Assembly (NCBI GenBank): GCA_964187785.1 | Contig: OZ076417.1 | Coordinates: forward strand, 24,800,001-24,864,000 | DNA length: 64,000 nt | From: Amphiscolops sp. MND2022 | Taxonomy: Eukaryota | Direction of reading: 5' to 3' | In this document: in pieces, positions 37,201 through 52,200 of the stretch | Position numbering within the stretch: position 1 is the first letter of the stretch | Layout of the letters: every line of letters starts with the position of its first letter | The notes under the pieces: generated by a model | Seen by the model: only the letters and a program-made list of their open reading frames with translations | Databases searched by the model: none | Told to the model about the DNA's origin: nothing | Translations under genes and position numbers: made by a program

Positions 37201-40200
37201 GTTAACATGTATGTAACTATATGAACTTTTTTAGTAGGATAATCATGACCCATTATGTAAGCGAAGTGACGTCATCTTTACCTTATGTTCTACTTTTAGA
37301 TATTATGATGTAAAAAGTAGGGTGCAACTATATTTAGACCGTGACATCATATGCTATCTCGCGTTATGACATCCAAAACACCAATTGTCATGGTGCTAAG
37401 TGTATACTCACGGGAGACCGGGACCTCAGGGATGATAATTTAGCTACAATACCACAACTCAGACAACTTGAACTATCACAAACCCGCCATATTACTCTCA
37501 TTTCTGTGACAAAACTAGTCTTCGATTTGATTCCTATAAATCTTGGATCTCTTATTTCAACTTGATACTCAATAGTCCCAGTTATAATATAAATCTTGCT
37601 AGGGAATAATTTCTTTGCCATGCCTTCAACTATGAAGCAAATATCAAGATAAAAGCGCTCTAGGCAGTCTGAAGTAATGTCAGGTGTGGAGAACATGGAT
37701 ATTATGCTAGGCAATTTCCAGAAGACGATTTTGAAAGACAAGAAGTAGCAGGAGAGTTAGAGGTAGACCTTGAGTCAGATACACTGCAAAGAGAAATTAG
37801 TCAGGCAGGAGGAAACTTCAGAGCACTTTTGAACACTAATACAAGTGTAAAAAGTGAAATTACTGCTGGAACCAGCAGATCTATCAATTCAGAAACTTCT
37901 TCCCGAATGTCTATTAAGCTTGAAGAAATTAGAATTGATCTGAATGTTCAGGTACTTGAAGCTATCAACTCAGCGATTGAAGAAAAGGTTCTACCAACAA
38001 TCCAAAGTGCTTTAAATACGCAGAGTGCAAAGTCTATTGCAAAATTGGACCTTCGGTCAGTCGGACCGCATCACATGAAAATGGCGGAAAGAGCCGTGAA
38101 ACACGTGTATACTTTCCCAAAGTGAATTGTACAAATAACCACAAGAATAATCCCAGAGAGAGATCAGTAGACTCTTACGAGAGTGATAAAGGTTACGACA
38201 CTTGGGTTTTTGTTCTTACCGATAATTGTTTAATTCTGCGTAATAAGGTCGTGAAATTCAAATGCAAATACATTTTCAATTATGATCCCAATTCTGGGGA
38301 TCTTCTTTTGTTGAATGCTCATCCAAACAATACAGGGTGGACCAAAAACTTGAACGAGCGAAAACTTCAAAACTTCAAATTGGAAATGTTTGTAAACAAG
38401 GCACAGAAAATCTCTCACTTATCTATCAAACTTGAAATATCATTACGTAATAATTTTTCTACCTTTTCAACCGAGGTTGGTTGAAACATTTTGAAACTGT
38501 CTTGACATATTTACAAGTCAATTCTGTCAAGACCCGCTTCCGATCAGTGTTTCACCTGCCACGAAGGCATCCATAAAATTGTCGAAGGACACGCTCACGG
38601 AAGGAACAACTTGGGTGTTAGTCTATTAAATTCTACTTGCAGTACAGCTAGATAAGTTGTACGAAAGTTTTCGAGATAATAAAAGCTAACCTAATGTCAA
38701 CGAAAAATTTTGCGAAATGATTTCGATCTAGCTAAAACATCCGGTCACATACTAATCTAAATTCACATACTAACCTAAATACCAAAACAGAAACAAAGTT
38801 CAGAAAAGAAAATTTTCTGGTTTTTTCTCTAGTCTGAAACGAAACATTGAAACGATATTTAATTCCATGATCCCAACGGAGCTCATATGATCTAAAATGA
38901 AACAAACCTACAGAGAGTACAATGAATTGTTTTCCAGTACTGCAGTAGTTGTCAAAATTCACCTAATTTAAAGTCAAGCAATTCAAGAAAAGAGTTACAA
39001 CGTTTTGACAGCGTCACTCAGCAGAGCTAGTAACCTTTCTTTCGACTTTTACGGACCAATAGCGTCGTCCCTTTGTTGAGTAATTTGCTCTCGGACCAAA
39101 AAGAATTCTTTTATTGTGACTTCAGTAGCTAAGATAACGAATTTAAACTCCTACACACTCCGCAATCCCTCCGTCAACTGCTGCTTAGCTATAGCTAATC
39201 AAAATACACAGAGACACGTTACGCAGCGATTGTAAAACTGTAACTGCAAGAATGAAGCTCTAAGTACATTTTGAGAGGATATTCTCAGGAATACGATGCT
39301 TTCTCTGGGCTTTGAGAATATCTTGAAATGATGGAAGCTGTGCTGAAAGGATGAATTTTGTACCTGTACTTCTTATTTCAATAATGTGTTAGCTTGTACA
39401 ATAACACCAATCATGAAATTATGTCCACCTCACGTTGTAAACAACTTTCCAATAAACGATTAAAGTTGGATGTCTTATCACAATTATGAAACAATAAGGT
39501 AATGAATAGTCCAGAATGCAACGTAAGGTCATTATCATCCAAATGCCCGTAACCATACGATAATGCTGGCTCTGTTTGTGTTTCCAACCACTTTTCATAG
39601 TTACCCCCTAAATTTAGTATCACTTCAACTGTAATAACTGTGATCCCGTTGAAACTATATTGTGTTTGATTTTTTGCCAAACTTATGATATTTTCATACA
39701 AAGCCATTTGTCAAAATCTTACGATTTCTGTAATTGCCGGATGTACTTTTACAGCATCGTTTTATGTTTATATGTTTGTATCGACAATCGGAACGTGTTA
39801 TTCTGGCATCATTTCCTCCTTTTATCAGTGCTCAGATATTTTCTGTATCGAAATCATTTGTTCCGTTTCAGTCGCGCTGTCGTTATTGAGCGTCATGTTT
39901 TATTTTTTTCTTCGTAACACCCAACTTGGAAATTGNNNNNNNNNNNNNNNNNNNNNNNNNNNNNNNNNNNNNNNNNNNNNNNNNNNNNNNNNNNNNNNNN
40001 NNNNNNNNNNNNNNNNNNNNNNNNNNNNNNNNNNNNNNNNNNNNNNNNNNNNNNNNNNNNNNNNNNNNNNNNNNNNNNNNNNNNNNNNNNNNNNNNNNNN
40101 NNNNNNNNNNNNNNNNNNNNNNNNNNNNNNNNNNNAAAATAACATATATGAAGGTGTTTTAGACTTATTCAGTCATTATTTTAACCGTTCTACCTGCTAA

Positions 40201-43200
40201 ACTCAACGTTAATAAAACGTAAAACATTGTTTTTGACAAGTTCAAAAATTTTCGAAGACCTTTTCTTTTTCAGTTTCAAAATTGACAACCAGAGATCAAA
40301 AGAGAAAAACTTTAGCTGAAGTAGTATCGAGGGATTTTAAAGCTTCTGTAGCTAAGAATAATCAAACTGGGAACATAATATCAGGGCCCAGCAAATCACC
40401 CTAAATACAAGCTGAGAAACTGCTCGATATAAAAACGTTGCTGAGATAGGAGATGATGTCTGGTCTGACAAGAAATCTTAGCCGAAAACCAGAAGGAAAT
40501 GCTGAAACCTATAGCTCCTATTGTTCAAAAATCAACAATCCACCAAATCGTGGATGATTACGATTCTGAAACGGAAAACACTCATCCAGCATCAACATCA
40601 ACTCCTGCAAAATCAAAGCGACTACTTCCAAAAGTACTCTGATAAGTAGCTGTAACAAATTAGACCTCATTGTTGATTTGTAGAAGTTCTTTCATTTCGA
40701 AGAAAAGTTTCAAAGTTTTCTACTAGGTGAACAAAAAAACTGAACGCATAAAGTTGTGCGCCTTCACATAAATTCACGTTCGTTCACTTTTTCTGTCAGT
40801 CATTTAGAATGATCACCTCTTGTACACAGGATGTCGAATCCAACTATCGAAAATAGTCTAGACGTCTTTGCCGGTAATTTTATTCTCACTTTTACTTTTT
40901 GAAAGTTCCTTCACTTTTAAAAAGAAGATGCCAATTTGAATCATTGAACAGAGCGATTAAAGTTGCTTTGAAACGTTTGTTGACATATACAGTAATGTGA
41001 TTAAGAAATTATGCCCCTATGCGCATAGTGTCGTTATCAACCAATTAGAATTCCTTATTTGCTCTCACTTTCAATTCTGATTGGCACATCAAGTGAAATC
41101 TCAGGAACAGAAAGAACACATTTGCTTATTTCCCAGTTATGGGCAGGTTTTTGAATTATTGTCTAAAAATTTCAAATTCCTCGAACTCTGCAGATTGTAT
41201 AGAATTCAATGTCAATTTTTTTGTCTCAAAAACATTGTAAATGAAAAAATAATCGCAGTTTTCTGCTGCGAAGTGTTCTTTTCCTATCTTATTATATGTG
41301 AATTGACGAAATTTTACCTTTCGAGCATGATATTTTGGAAACGGTTGATAATTTTTGAAATCGAAAAATATCCATAGATTCAGTAGATTTGTGCGAGTTA
41401 TTTAGCAAAAACTGTGGATAAAAGGGTCGAAAATTGGAAAAACGGGAAAAATCCCAAAATTTGCTCAAAATCAGCTATATGTAACTTTCTCAATGTTTGT
41501 CCCAGAAACATTTAGGAAACACTAATATGAACTAGATGAAATTCCAAGAAATTTTTATATCTGATGTTTTTCAAAATTCTCAATAATTTTCAAGAAAATC
41601 GAATCTAAAATCCTCCCAAAGTTTTCCTAATCACAGTACTGTATTTGACAATTTGAGAGCTCGAAATTTTTTTGCGTTCTGTTTTTTTGGCTCACCTAGT
41701 ATTAGTCGTTTTGAGCTTCTTGATGTCATGTGTCTGTCAAGTGAATGATTCGGTGAAGCACGATTGATTGCCAACTTTGGTACTCCTTGATGAAAATGTC
41801 GATAAATACTGTCACATTTTTCCCACTTGAGTTGACACATTTACTTCACGTTCACTCCATTTTTCTCGTTTTTTTTTCCATAAAAATTACCCGCGTTGGC
41901 AATTAATCGCACTCCACCGAATAAAGTGTTTTTTCATGAGCATTTATCAAGTTAACTGCAGACTGGCCTAAAAAGGAAATATTATGTAGATCGAATTGAA
42001 AAATTAAACTCGTTTGCAAAAACACTAGAGAATGGAAAATATACTAACTTATAATTTTGATTCTGGCTAAGATTTTGAATGTTCTAAGGAGTTTTGCTAA
42101 TGTTCCAGATCAGCGCCCATAACATCCGATTCGCACAGGGAAAAGAATCGTACAAGCAAGCAGTCACCACCTTTGCAGACCAATCGTCTGAAGAGCTTCT
42201 CACATTTCCAGAGGTCCCCCTTCGCCACTTTTACGAGGGTACTATTCACTATTTCAAACCCTTTATATTCCGAAATTTTTATATCAATATTTCGAGCTTA
42301 CTCCCAACTTATAGGTTTCATTTGATTCACTTTATTTATTCATTTATTCCCGGGTTTCCCTCCCATACAAAAACAGGTCAATCATACTCTGCCATCATAC
42401 GCACAGTATGATTCCAGGCTGATCATACTCTGGACCATAAAGGTTTATGGTTCCAGGCTGACCATAGTCTGGACATATATAGTCCAGTCTATGATCATCC
42501 TGGAACCATAAAAAAGCAAAGTTTATGTTTCCAACATGACCATATTCTGGGCCATAGATGGTTCAAACTATGATCGGTCTGAAACAATATTTGGAACTTT
42601 TTCCTTTCCCCGAGACAATTAAAAACTTGAGGAAATGTTAGGAAAAAAGGATAAATTTGAGGTTACTTTGCAACTTAATTTAGTTTCATGAAAAAATTTT
42701 TATGATAAGAAAACAGGTTTTAGAGTCATTCCATTGCATCAATTACCATCATACTGGTAAACTTATCTAAATTGGATTCAAGGTTTAACTGCGGCATAAG
42801 ATAACCAGGAGCTTTCATTTTTTCCCATCTATCGTTGTCAATGTATATCCTTATGATTTGCAGTTTGATAGAGATTTTGGGCTATAATAAAACGGGTTTT
42901 AGAGTCATTCAAATGCATCAACTATCATCATACTGGTAAAACATCTCTAAATTCGATTTAAGATTTCACTGCAGTACTAAACCCCTGAAGCTTATTGTGC
43001 TTTACTTTTTTTGAGATCCGAAGGAGGCCACGTTCTTGTCGTGGGTCTCGTCAAGTGCGATACTATGTATCTCACGAGCTGAGTGCCTCCCTAAAAACAC
43101 AGCGTAAAGACAAGTGGTTGCCATGTCCGACATTTATCTGATTATAATTAAATTTTTAGGTTGTTATGAGTTCAGGTTGTCCATACTTTCGACCATATAT

Positions 43201-46200
43201 GGTTCCAACTAAGTCTATCGTAAAAAGCATGCAAAGATGAGATCCTTGAAGTGATATGAAGAAGTTCAACAATCCCTTTGGAATCCATTATTTGGATGCA
43301 AAATTTTACCAGAGAACATGATGTGTCAAACGTCAGCATTTTCTACGCTGGAATTTCACAAGCAGCATATGTGGTCCAGAGTATGGTCAGCCTGGAACCA
43401 TAAATCTTTATGGCCCAGAAAAATGGTAAGTCTGGAGCCATAAGAAGAAAATTAGGATAACGTAGTCAATTAACGCATAAACTGATGAAATTACTAGATA
43501 ATTCTCAACCAAAGTGCCAATACAATCACCAAACAACAAACAAGGAAACAATCATCAATTTTCGGCGGCTTTTGCAGATTTTTTGGTATATTTTCTCGAA
43601 AGAATAAAAAATCACAAAGCAAAATGGGTACTGCTATAACAAAATAGTTAGTTATTAAATAAGGGGTTACTGAGAACAAATTGAGTGACTATAGTTTGTC
43701 TTAAACTCCGCTAAGAATTTTACAGAGTTCTGACCTGCAATGTATCGTTCGCAGATACAAAAGGTCGAATGTGGCTCTATTGCCTTCAGCCTATAAAGCT
43801 GGCGTATCTCAGTAGTTGAAAATTTTTGTTCAAGTTTCATGTCAAGTCAACCCGCGTTTGGAACACACAGTCATGATTTCAGGTTGTCCATACTCTGAAC
43901 CATATATGGTTCCATACTGGACCATAGAAAATTATGATTTCAGACTGACCATACTCTGGATCATGTATGATCCCAGGCCAATCATGGCAAGATCATAGTA
44001 AGGAAATTTGTATGATTTGTATGGTGCCATAATATGGCCAGATTATGATCGGCCTAGTCGGAAAACCCGGGTCATTATACTTAATATAATTAAATTGATA
44101 GATGTGAAATCAAAACATGCAATCCTACACCAGTTCTAGGGATTTTGCTGCAGACAATCACAACCCCCAAACGATTCTGGAAATTTTTCCTTCTTGTCGA
44201 CTTGTGATAATCCTGAATCAAGGAAAAAATAATATGCGATTGATGAAAAAGGAGCAAATTCTACTAAGATTGCGAATTTTTATCGCAGAAACAATATTGT
44301 GAAAACCATCGTTAATGACCATCGTTGCACATGGGGTTGGAAAAAGGCGCCCATCGATCAACTACAGTAGCGTTTTAATATTTTGCAACTCCGTTACTTG
44401 AAATGACAAAATTAAAAAGGCAATATCTGATTAACTATCACAAACGCAAGAATTTGTCAGCTACAAAAGTTACTTAGAATTTCATCTGGTTTATGAAAAC
44501 AATTGTGTTAAATAATAAATCTGATTACTTGAATTGTATAAATAATGCACACGTATTGTCTCAGGCTGCCAACGTCCGCATACGAGCAAGAAATCGCCCC
44601 GGGAATTCTCCCAATCTATTAAAACTAAAACTTTTACTTTACTAAAACTAGCTTGTTTTAATATGATCTGGATTGTTATGTCTGATAATAATATTCAATT
44701 TTGATTCAGTATTAGTCTGTTAAAGATTACGATGTGAAATATTCAGATCAAGAGTTGAATTTGTCAATTGTTGTAAAATATCAAAGAATATGTCAGAAAA
44801 GCTGTAAAGATCTAATCAACCAATAATAGCCCTCCTTTTCCACAGTGCAGTACAATTATTTCCCGGTTACAGCCGTTTGACTGAATCCTTGCCGTGCATT
44901 AATAGTAATTAGGCAAATAGCCGGTCCCGTCCGAATAAAGTGTTGAGTATTTAAGGCGCTCTGACTACTTTAATAATAATTGGTTGAATGCTTATGTAAT
45001 GTTAAAATGCTTAGATGTTCTGTTATTGAGGATTAATGGTATTATTTAATGTGTTTGTTGCTAGATGTAGTAATAGCCACTTGTAACAGCTGCTGGACCT
45101 AATCCGGCAGACAACCTATGTTAGCTACCAGTCTGAAAGCCTTGTAAGACTACTTCGTCATTGCTGTATCAAAATGTAATTTCAATGCCTGATGCTTTCT
45201 GTGACTTTTTACAGTGCGTGCTTAGGCACGTGCCCAAGTGCGTTATCGCATTTTTTGAATATTTCAATGGAAGTTGTTGATTTGAAACTAATATTTTTTA
45301 ACGGTCAGATGATATGATTTTCGAATCTGTTGCTTTGAACTGAAAACTTTTGATACCTTGATAAAAATGAAAGTGGCGCTATATCAAAAGACTGTTGATA
45401 CTGATCACATGAAATACCTAATAAAAAATAAATATGTTAGAAATGTTGTTTTTGTTGCTTGGTTAGATATGTAAAAAATGCGAGTGTATGGGAGTATAGC
45501 TGCTAATGGGAGTATATATAGACCTAACTCTCTGAGCCGGACACATTTCAAAGAACCGTATTACCGTTCATACTTACTCGAAATTGATTTTTCCGACAGA
45601 ACTAATAAAAGATGATTCACAATCTGATATTCTTCATGCCTACTACAAGAAAGCAGAAAAATAAAGCTATGTAATCAAGAGAAGCTGATATGTTGTCAGA
45701 TATAGAAAACTTGGACATAATGCTAGGTAGCAATCACTAACAAACTATGATTTGAATTCCACTCGAATTCTAGAAAGAATGATTGTGGGGATTATGCCGG
45801 AAACGGCCAAAACTCGAGAGAAGTTGATTCTAGTAGTGAAATCAAAAGACTGTCAGGGGAATTGGACCAAAGGATCACTCAAGAAATGAATGATCTAATG
45901 AATAGTGTGAGCTCACAAATCCAGAAAGCCATAAGTGAAGCTTATTAATGAACAAGGGTTACCTCAGATTCAATCTACTCTTAGGTCCGGGGAAAGACAG
46001 GTACCTCGTAATTGATGGAACGTCCCGGCTGAGAGACCCAAATATAGATCTGAAGAAGTCTTTCATCGCAAGTTCAGGAGTAGCTCTAGAGATGAGTTCC
46101 TTCGAAACCTTAATAGAGGTGAGGACGAGGAGGAAACTCATGACACGTTCATACACGATTCATACATGAGTTTTTGATTTATTATTTAAAATTTCCAGAA

Positions 46201-49200
46201 ATTGAATTATCAAAACGAAATTTCATTCACAAGAGAATCACTTCATCGAATGAAGCTCGAAAAAGTAAAGGTTATATTGGTTGATATATCACTTTCATCA
46301 TCTTCCAAAAATGGCGCATCTGTCTACCGGAATTACCATCTGAAGACTGTTCTGTCAGGATTTTCAATAATTACAGGCTTTTCAGATATCTTTCTGGAAT
46401 ACAAACATAAGATGAAGATTTCATGAATGAATAATATACTGGAAAAGTTCTTTCTGTTTGTTTCGACTCGGAGATTCAGGTGCAATACTCAGATATTTCG
46501 AATCTTCTACTTTTGAAAGTTTGAAATATCTGGACCCAAATAGATCAAAGTCTAAATACGGCAGGCATTTATTTAAAAACACAGTCCTAACAATTCTTGT
46601 TTAAAAATGAGTCAATGACGAAAATAATCATTTTTACAAAAAGATACGAAGTTTTGAATGTTTCAGCACAAACCCCACTAAAGTTACGAGTACAGGAAGT
46701 TCCTGATGAAGTTGATTGGACGGGTTGGACAAGACCCATTGTAAGATCACGTGACTTTTCTCATTACGGATGGTCGTTTTCAGCAACCACGGCCACGGCT
46801 GCTCAAATATTCAATCAGACAGGTTTGTAGTAGACTCAAATGGCTTCAGGAAAAAACACCAACGAACAAAAAACCAGAAGACAAAATACCATCGAACAAA
46901 ATATTCATAGATTCAAAATACCATAAGCTTATCCGGGGTATATTGCGCTATATCCGAATTTTTGACGATGTATTCGAACTAACTTGTGTTTTATCAAGCA
47001 GGAGGCGGCGATTCGAAATAGAGCGATTCCATTCGGGCCAGCAAGCTAAATGCAATCTTTTGACGTTATACCCGATATAATTTGCGTTTCGCCAAGAAGG
47101 AGGCGGCCCTATATGAATTTGCTGAAGGCCTGCAATTAACTTTTTATATGCTGCCGGCCTGCATTCAGGGTAATGTTTTTATTAAACCTAGAAGTTTACT
47201 CAAATAGTGGAAGAAAATCTTGTGTAATGACAAGGGTTTTTTCACTACAGCATTTAAACTTGAAAATGAATCCCACTTCATTGCCGACACGATCACTTTG
47301 TTTTCTCAACTACCATTGCTAAAACTGCTTGAAATTAAATTTTGCATGTACTTCAACGTTGCCAGCATCTTTTATTGTGATTTTCTAAATTTTCATGCGA
47401 CAATAAAAACCTGATATATTGAAATTTATCAAGCTGTTTGAAAGATTCATGAAAGTTTTGACGGCAATTTTATGCTTTGAAGTTTTGCAGCTTTCTTTAT
47501 GCAGCAGCTAAAATTTCAAAAGCAATTAAGTTGCTACCAGTTTTAACGCTAATATAATGCAAAATAACTCCAGTCGGGTAAAAACTTACAAGTTAGCATC
47601 ATGTTTAGCGTGCTATTTGAGAAGCGGTGGTCTCACGGTCATGCCGTAAGCATGATCTGAATTATCGGAATACAATAACGCTGTTAACTGTACAGCATTG
47701 ATTGATCGCTGACACGATTTGAATCACCGCAATACAGTGACGCTGCCAGTCATACAGCGTCAAACGATACCAACTGCAGAAAATGAACACGAACGAAGAG
47801 TGATGCGGTCTAACACACAGCATCATAGCGCGGAAAAAAACCAATAATCGTACGAAATCAAACAACTCTATCTGCGCGAAATACAATTGACCAAAGAAGT
47901 GACGTGGTCAACTACACCACGTCACGAGACTGAAATACTAAACGGAAATGAGAAATAAAAAGAATTCATTTAAGATGCTGCCGACCTCACAGCATCATAT
48001 AAACCGATCATACCAGAAAAGAGGAATCCAATAGTGATGCTGCCAACCCTACCGCATCATATGGCGTGATCATCTCAAATTACATGAATTTACTAATGAT
48101 GCTACCAACCTCACAGCATCATATGGAATACACAAACTTAACAGTGATGCTGTCAACTGCACTACATCACAAAGTACAGAACTGGAATGTTTTCATACTC
48201 GATGCATGATGAAACTCAATGATGATGATGTCAACAACACAACGTCACGGAGCAAGATGAACTGCGGTAAGCATTATATGGCTTAGTGATGATGTCAAAC
48301 ACAGAGCGTCAAACGGAAGTGACGGTCAGAATTACAAGCGAACGAAATGAAATGTGGTAGACGACACATCATCACAAGACAAAAGGGAGACTGAATTACA
48401 AGATGGAATCGACCAACTACATGGAAACGAAAGAGATGTTGTCGGATACTCCACATCAGAAAAGTATGAACTGGAATTAGATTTATCGTACCTTCCCGGA
48501 CAGGTTGAAATTATTCCTTGCAATACTTATTTAAGCCCAATCCTAAATGCAGTTTAACATACCTTTTTTTATATCAAGTAATAATATTGCATGTCTGACC
48601 TATCCAGTCATCTAAAAAATTCCCTCCAATACTCAGATCGAAATTACTTCATACAATCATCGTTATTCAAATAAATATGCAGTTTCATAGAAATTTCAAG
48701 GTATTTGATGCTTTCATATTATTCGGATGTACCAACATTTGACTCATGTAATGGCGATAACACGCCGTCATCATAATTGATAGTAACGCCGCCATGCGAC
48801 GCTATTGAGCAATTAGCACCTTGAAATACTTGGTAACACAAACTACTCACGTGACCAGCGTTGGTAAGTTAGTAAGAGGTGCAAGAGCACACGCGGTAAC
48901 ATATGTTGCATTGTAACGTAAAGTTGACTACTACATCATTCTACTTGCGTAAAAAAATCACCAATACTAATTTAAAACTCCTTCTTTTAACTGAACTCAA
49001 CTTTAAACTCATCTATCTTTCTTTATGGTATTAACTAGATCCCAGACTACTAAAACCGACCAGAGAGAATTAGAAAACATGGAGTACTCCAGCGACAACG
49101 AAAGCGAATGTAGTATCCCCGAAGTCCTTTCTAGGGAACAAAATATTGATTTTAATGATGGAGATGAACTGAATTATCAAAAGAATTCTGGACGAGATTC

Positions 49201-52200
49201 TGTGAACCAACGTTTCTCCTGGCGACATGAATAGACCAATAAACGAGTTAACCATTTTGGTACTTGCTTTGACTGAAAAGATATCGTCTAGCAATAGAGA
49301 AGGGAACGAGTTAAACACTGTCTCAAGTAGTCGTGAGTAGAACGTTCCGACATGGTGACAGGAGTTCAGACAAACAATGCTCAGACGAACCCAATGCGCA
49401 CATCCACATCGCAATACCCTCAGTCATTCGCCCACCAAATTGACGACATAGTCACCGAAATCCAACACCTGAGAGACACCATGACGGATTCTGTACAACA
49501 TCCGAAAATCCTCCACACACAGGTTCCACTCTTCAGAGGCAACCGGAAGAAATACATTGAATTTGAACACCTCCTGCTCAACCACCTCAGGCCACACCAA
49601 CACAAACTGTCAGAGGAACAGAAACTGACGTACTTTCAGAGCCTGCTTCGTGATGATGCCATCGAATTCTGGCAATCACTGAAGATAACAACCCAAACGA
49701 CATTGGCGCAAGTCTTGCGTTACTTCAAGAAAGAATACGCAAAAGAAGACTTGAAAGAAGTGGCCAAATACAAATTTGACCATATGCGCTATGACCCGAC
49801 TGCAGAGACCTTCAACGAATTTTGTCAGTAAATTCAAGAAGGTGGCAAAACCAGCATTTGGAGACAGATCTGGCGACATAACAAAGACTTTCCTGTTTGC
49901 TAAACTTCCTGTTCAAATGCAAAATGAACTGGCAAGGGCAGGAAAGCATGATGCTTCAATGGAGAAAATCCGAACATTCGTGCTACGCACATGTCAGTAT
50001 GCACAACTCCTCTCAACAAATTCTAGTGCTCAACCATTCAACCAGATGAGTGCACCACAACCCCCAACAACCGCACCACAAAATTCCCAATCTCAACCCC
50101 AGCAAAACAAGGAAACGAAGAGGAAATTTGATGGTCAATGCCGACATTGCGGTATACATGGACACAAGTGGGCAGAGTGTCGAAAACGACTCCGGGAAGA
50201 AAACCAAAGCAAACCCGCGAATTCAAACTCGCAACCCGCCGCCCAACCCAGCCAAGAACAACAACCCAAACCCAAATACAATTCGAAACTAGTCTGCCAG
50301 ATTTGCAGTAAGGTGGGACATTCAGTCCGAGACTGTTACTACAGGAATACGGGTACATCGGCATACAGGAGTGTTCCGTATCGTAAACAGTCAACGGATG
50401 AAAACAGGCAATTCAGAAGGGTTTTTAGACAAAACAATGCCAGGGTCTATAACTAAAACGTACTGTCCCACACAACCAATAATGAAGCCGAGAATGCAGA
50501 GGAGATTGAACGACACGATGACGTTGAAGATCCAAAAAACTTGTGATGCCACGTCATCCTCTTCAACCAAACAAAAGTGCACGCCATAACCAAAAAGAAC
50601 CCACTTCTACTCAAAACCCACTCAAGACTACAAACCACACGGGGTGGCAGTCCCGTCCTTCAACCTATACTGAAGAAACTACAAACTTTGTCATCACAAG
50701 ACATTCGACTGATAACTACACCATTAAACCGAAGGAACTGGAACGAAGACCCGAAGTCAACAACATAAAACCAGTATGTCAAAACAACACAATGCCTGAA
50801 TTGCCAAATGATGATGAACAACCCTCACTTCCGAAACCAAATAATGTGCCGAAAAAACCAAAATACGAAATCCGCCAGCATAGTGCCACCTTACAACTCA
50901 ACAAGAAAGACATGATGCTGTACGTACCACTTCATTTTCGTGCATACGAAAATTTTGGCCTTATCGATACCGGTGCAATCCAAAGTGCACTATCAGAAGC
51001 AGAACTTCGTCGCATCCTGTCAGCACATCCAGGAGCCCTTCTCCAAGAACTCCCTGCCCCGGAGTTCAAGGTGCAAACCGCTAATGGTAACATTGAAACA
51101 GTGAGGAAGCAAGTTTTACTACGATTTTTCATTGGCGGAAAAGTCTTCGAAGAAACATTCATGGTTCTCCCAACCATGGGGAACGTATTCATTGAAATGT
51201 CGTTCTTCAAGAAATACTCCGTTACCCTTGACCTAGCTAACAACATCGTCAAATTCCCGGACATCACCCTCCAGCTACGATCAGTCAACGGGAAAATTAA
51301 AAACAAGCTACTCGAACTGAAAACAACTCAAAAGATTGTCATCCAACACAACCAACAAGTGTTCGTCCCAGTGGTGATTGAACGCGACTTAGGCGACATC
51401 ACTGGTAGTGTAGAAGGACTACCCGCCTTTGAAAGACGTTCACACCTGATAGTGTCCCCGGCTCTCAGCGAGACGCAGGAGGGTCGGACTCATGTCCAAA
51501 TCACCAACCCACTTGATTATCAGATAACCATCAATATGGACACTGCATTAGCATCATTCAAGATCATGACACCAAAACAAGCCAAAATTCTACAACCGAT
51601 GACTGGACACCAACTCAATCTGATCTCACGGTACCCAGATGAGGCCGAAGCAGTTTTGAATCAAATATTCCAGGATCCAAGATCAGACAGAAGATGGTAC
51701 CCTACCCCTGAGATAAGTGATGACCCGTCAAAACTCAACAAGATCGAACGACGTATCTAAGACGAGATCATCAAACTCAGGGAGGAGGAGAAATTGGATC
51801 CAACTGTAAACGAAGAACAACGACAGGAATTGCTGGCAAACTTTCAGTGGGAATAATCAATCCTGAGCCAACACCAGAGGTAGACAATTGACGCTCTACT
51901 GGTCAAGTACCATGACATCTTTGCCAGGCACAGACTGGATATAGGGATCAACACTGAGTTCAAGATAAAATTGACTCCCAAGCACGACGAACCAGTCTAT
52001 GCTGAAAGCATACCCACCCCGACGAACCTGAAAGATGACTTACTAGTTGAATTGGCACTGATGCAGGAGTACGGTATCATCACCACGTTACCATACAGTA
52101 AGTACTCATCAGCCATCTTCGCCCAGCGTAAACCGATCGGGAAGCTTAGAATTCTAGTCGACCTCAGACGGATCAATCACTTACTGAAGAATGGCTGCAA

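Larger units (their letters stand above)
32977..39135. repeat. ~3.1-kb tandem duplication (32977-36070 and 36071-39135)
   Basis: Collinear copies with AAGAT microhomology at all three boundaries; roughly 5-10% diverged by eye. Confidence 0.92.
49025..50546 (+). pseudogene. gag: Gag of element 2 (frameshifts/stops), starting inside the 5' LTR
   Basis: MVLTRSQ start; knuckles CRHCGIHGHKWAEC and CQICSKVGHSVRDC; ends CCA AAA AAC TTG TGA. Confidence 0.88.

Noticed and set aside
39685-40200. ORFs spanning the N run
   Set aside because: Artefacts of translating N as X.
43755-43796. QKVECGSIAFS as the missing catalytic exon
   Set aside because: Phase 0 rather than 1, lacks the Cys-Trp pair, stops after 13 codons, lies inside a MITE; exon 46667-46822 fits fully.
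47738-48311. CRISPR array
   Set aside because: Eukaryotic LTR context, non-identical repeats, irregular spacing, no cas genes.
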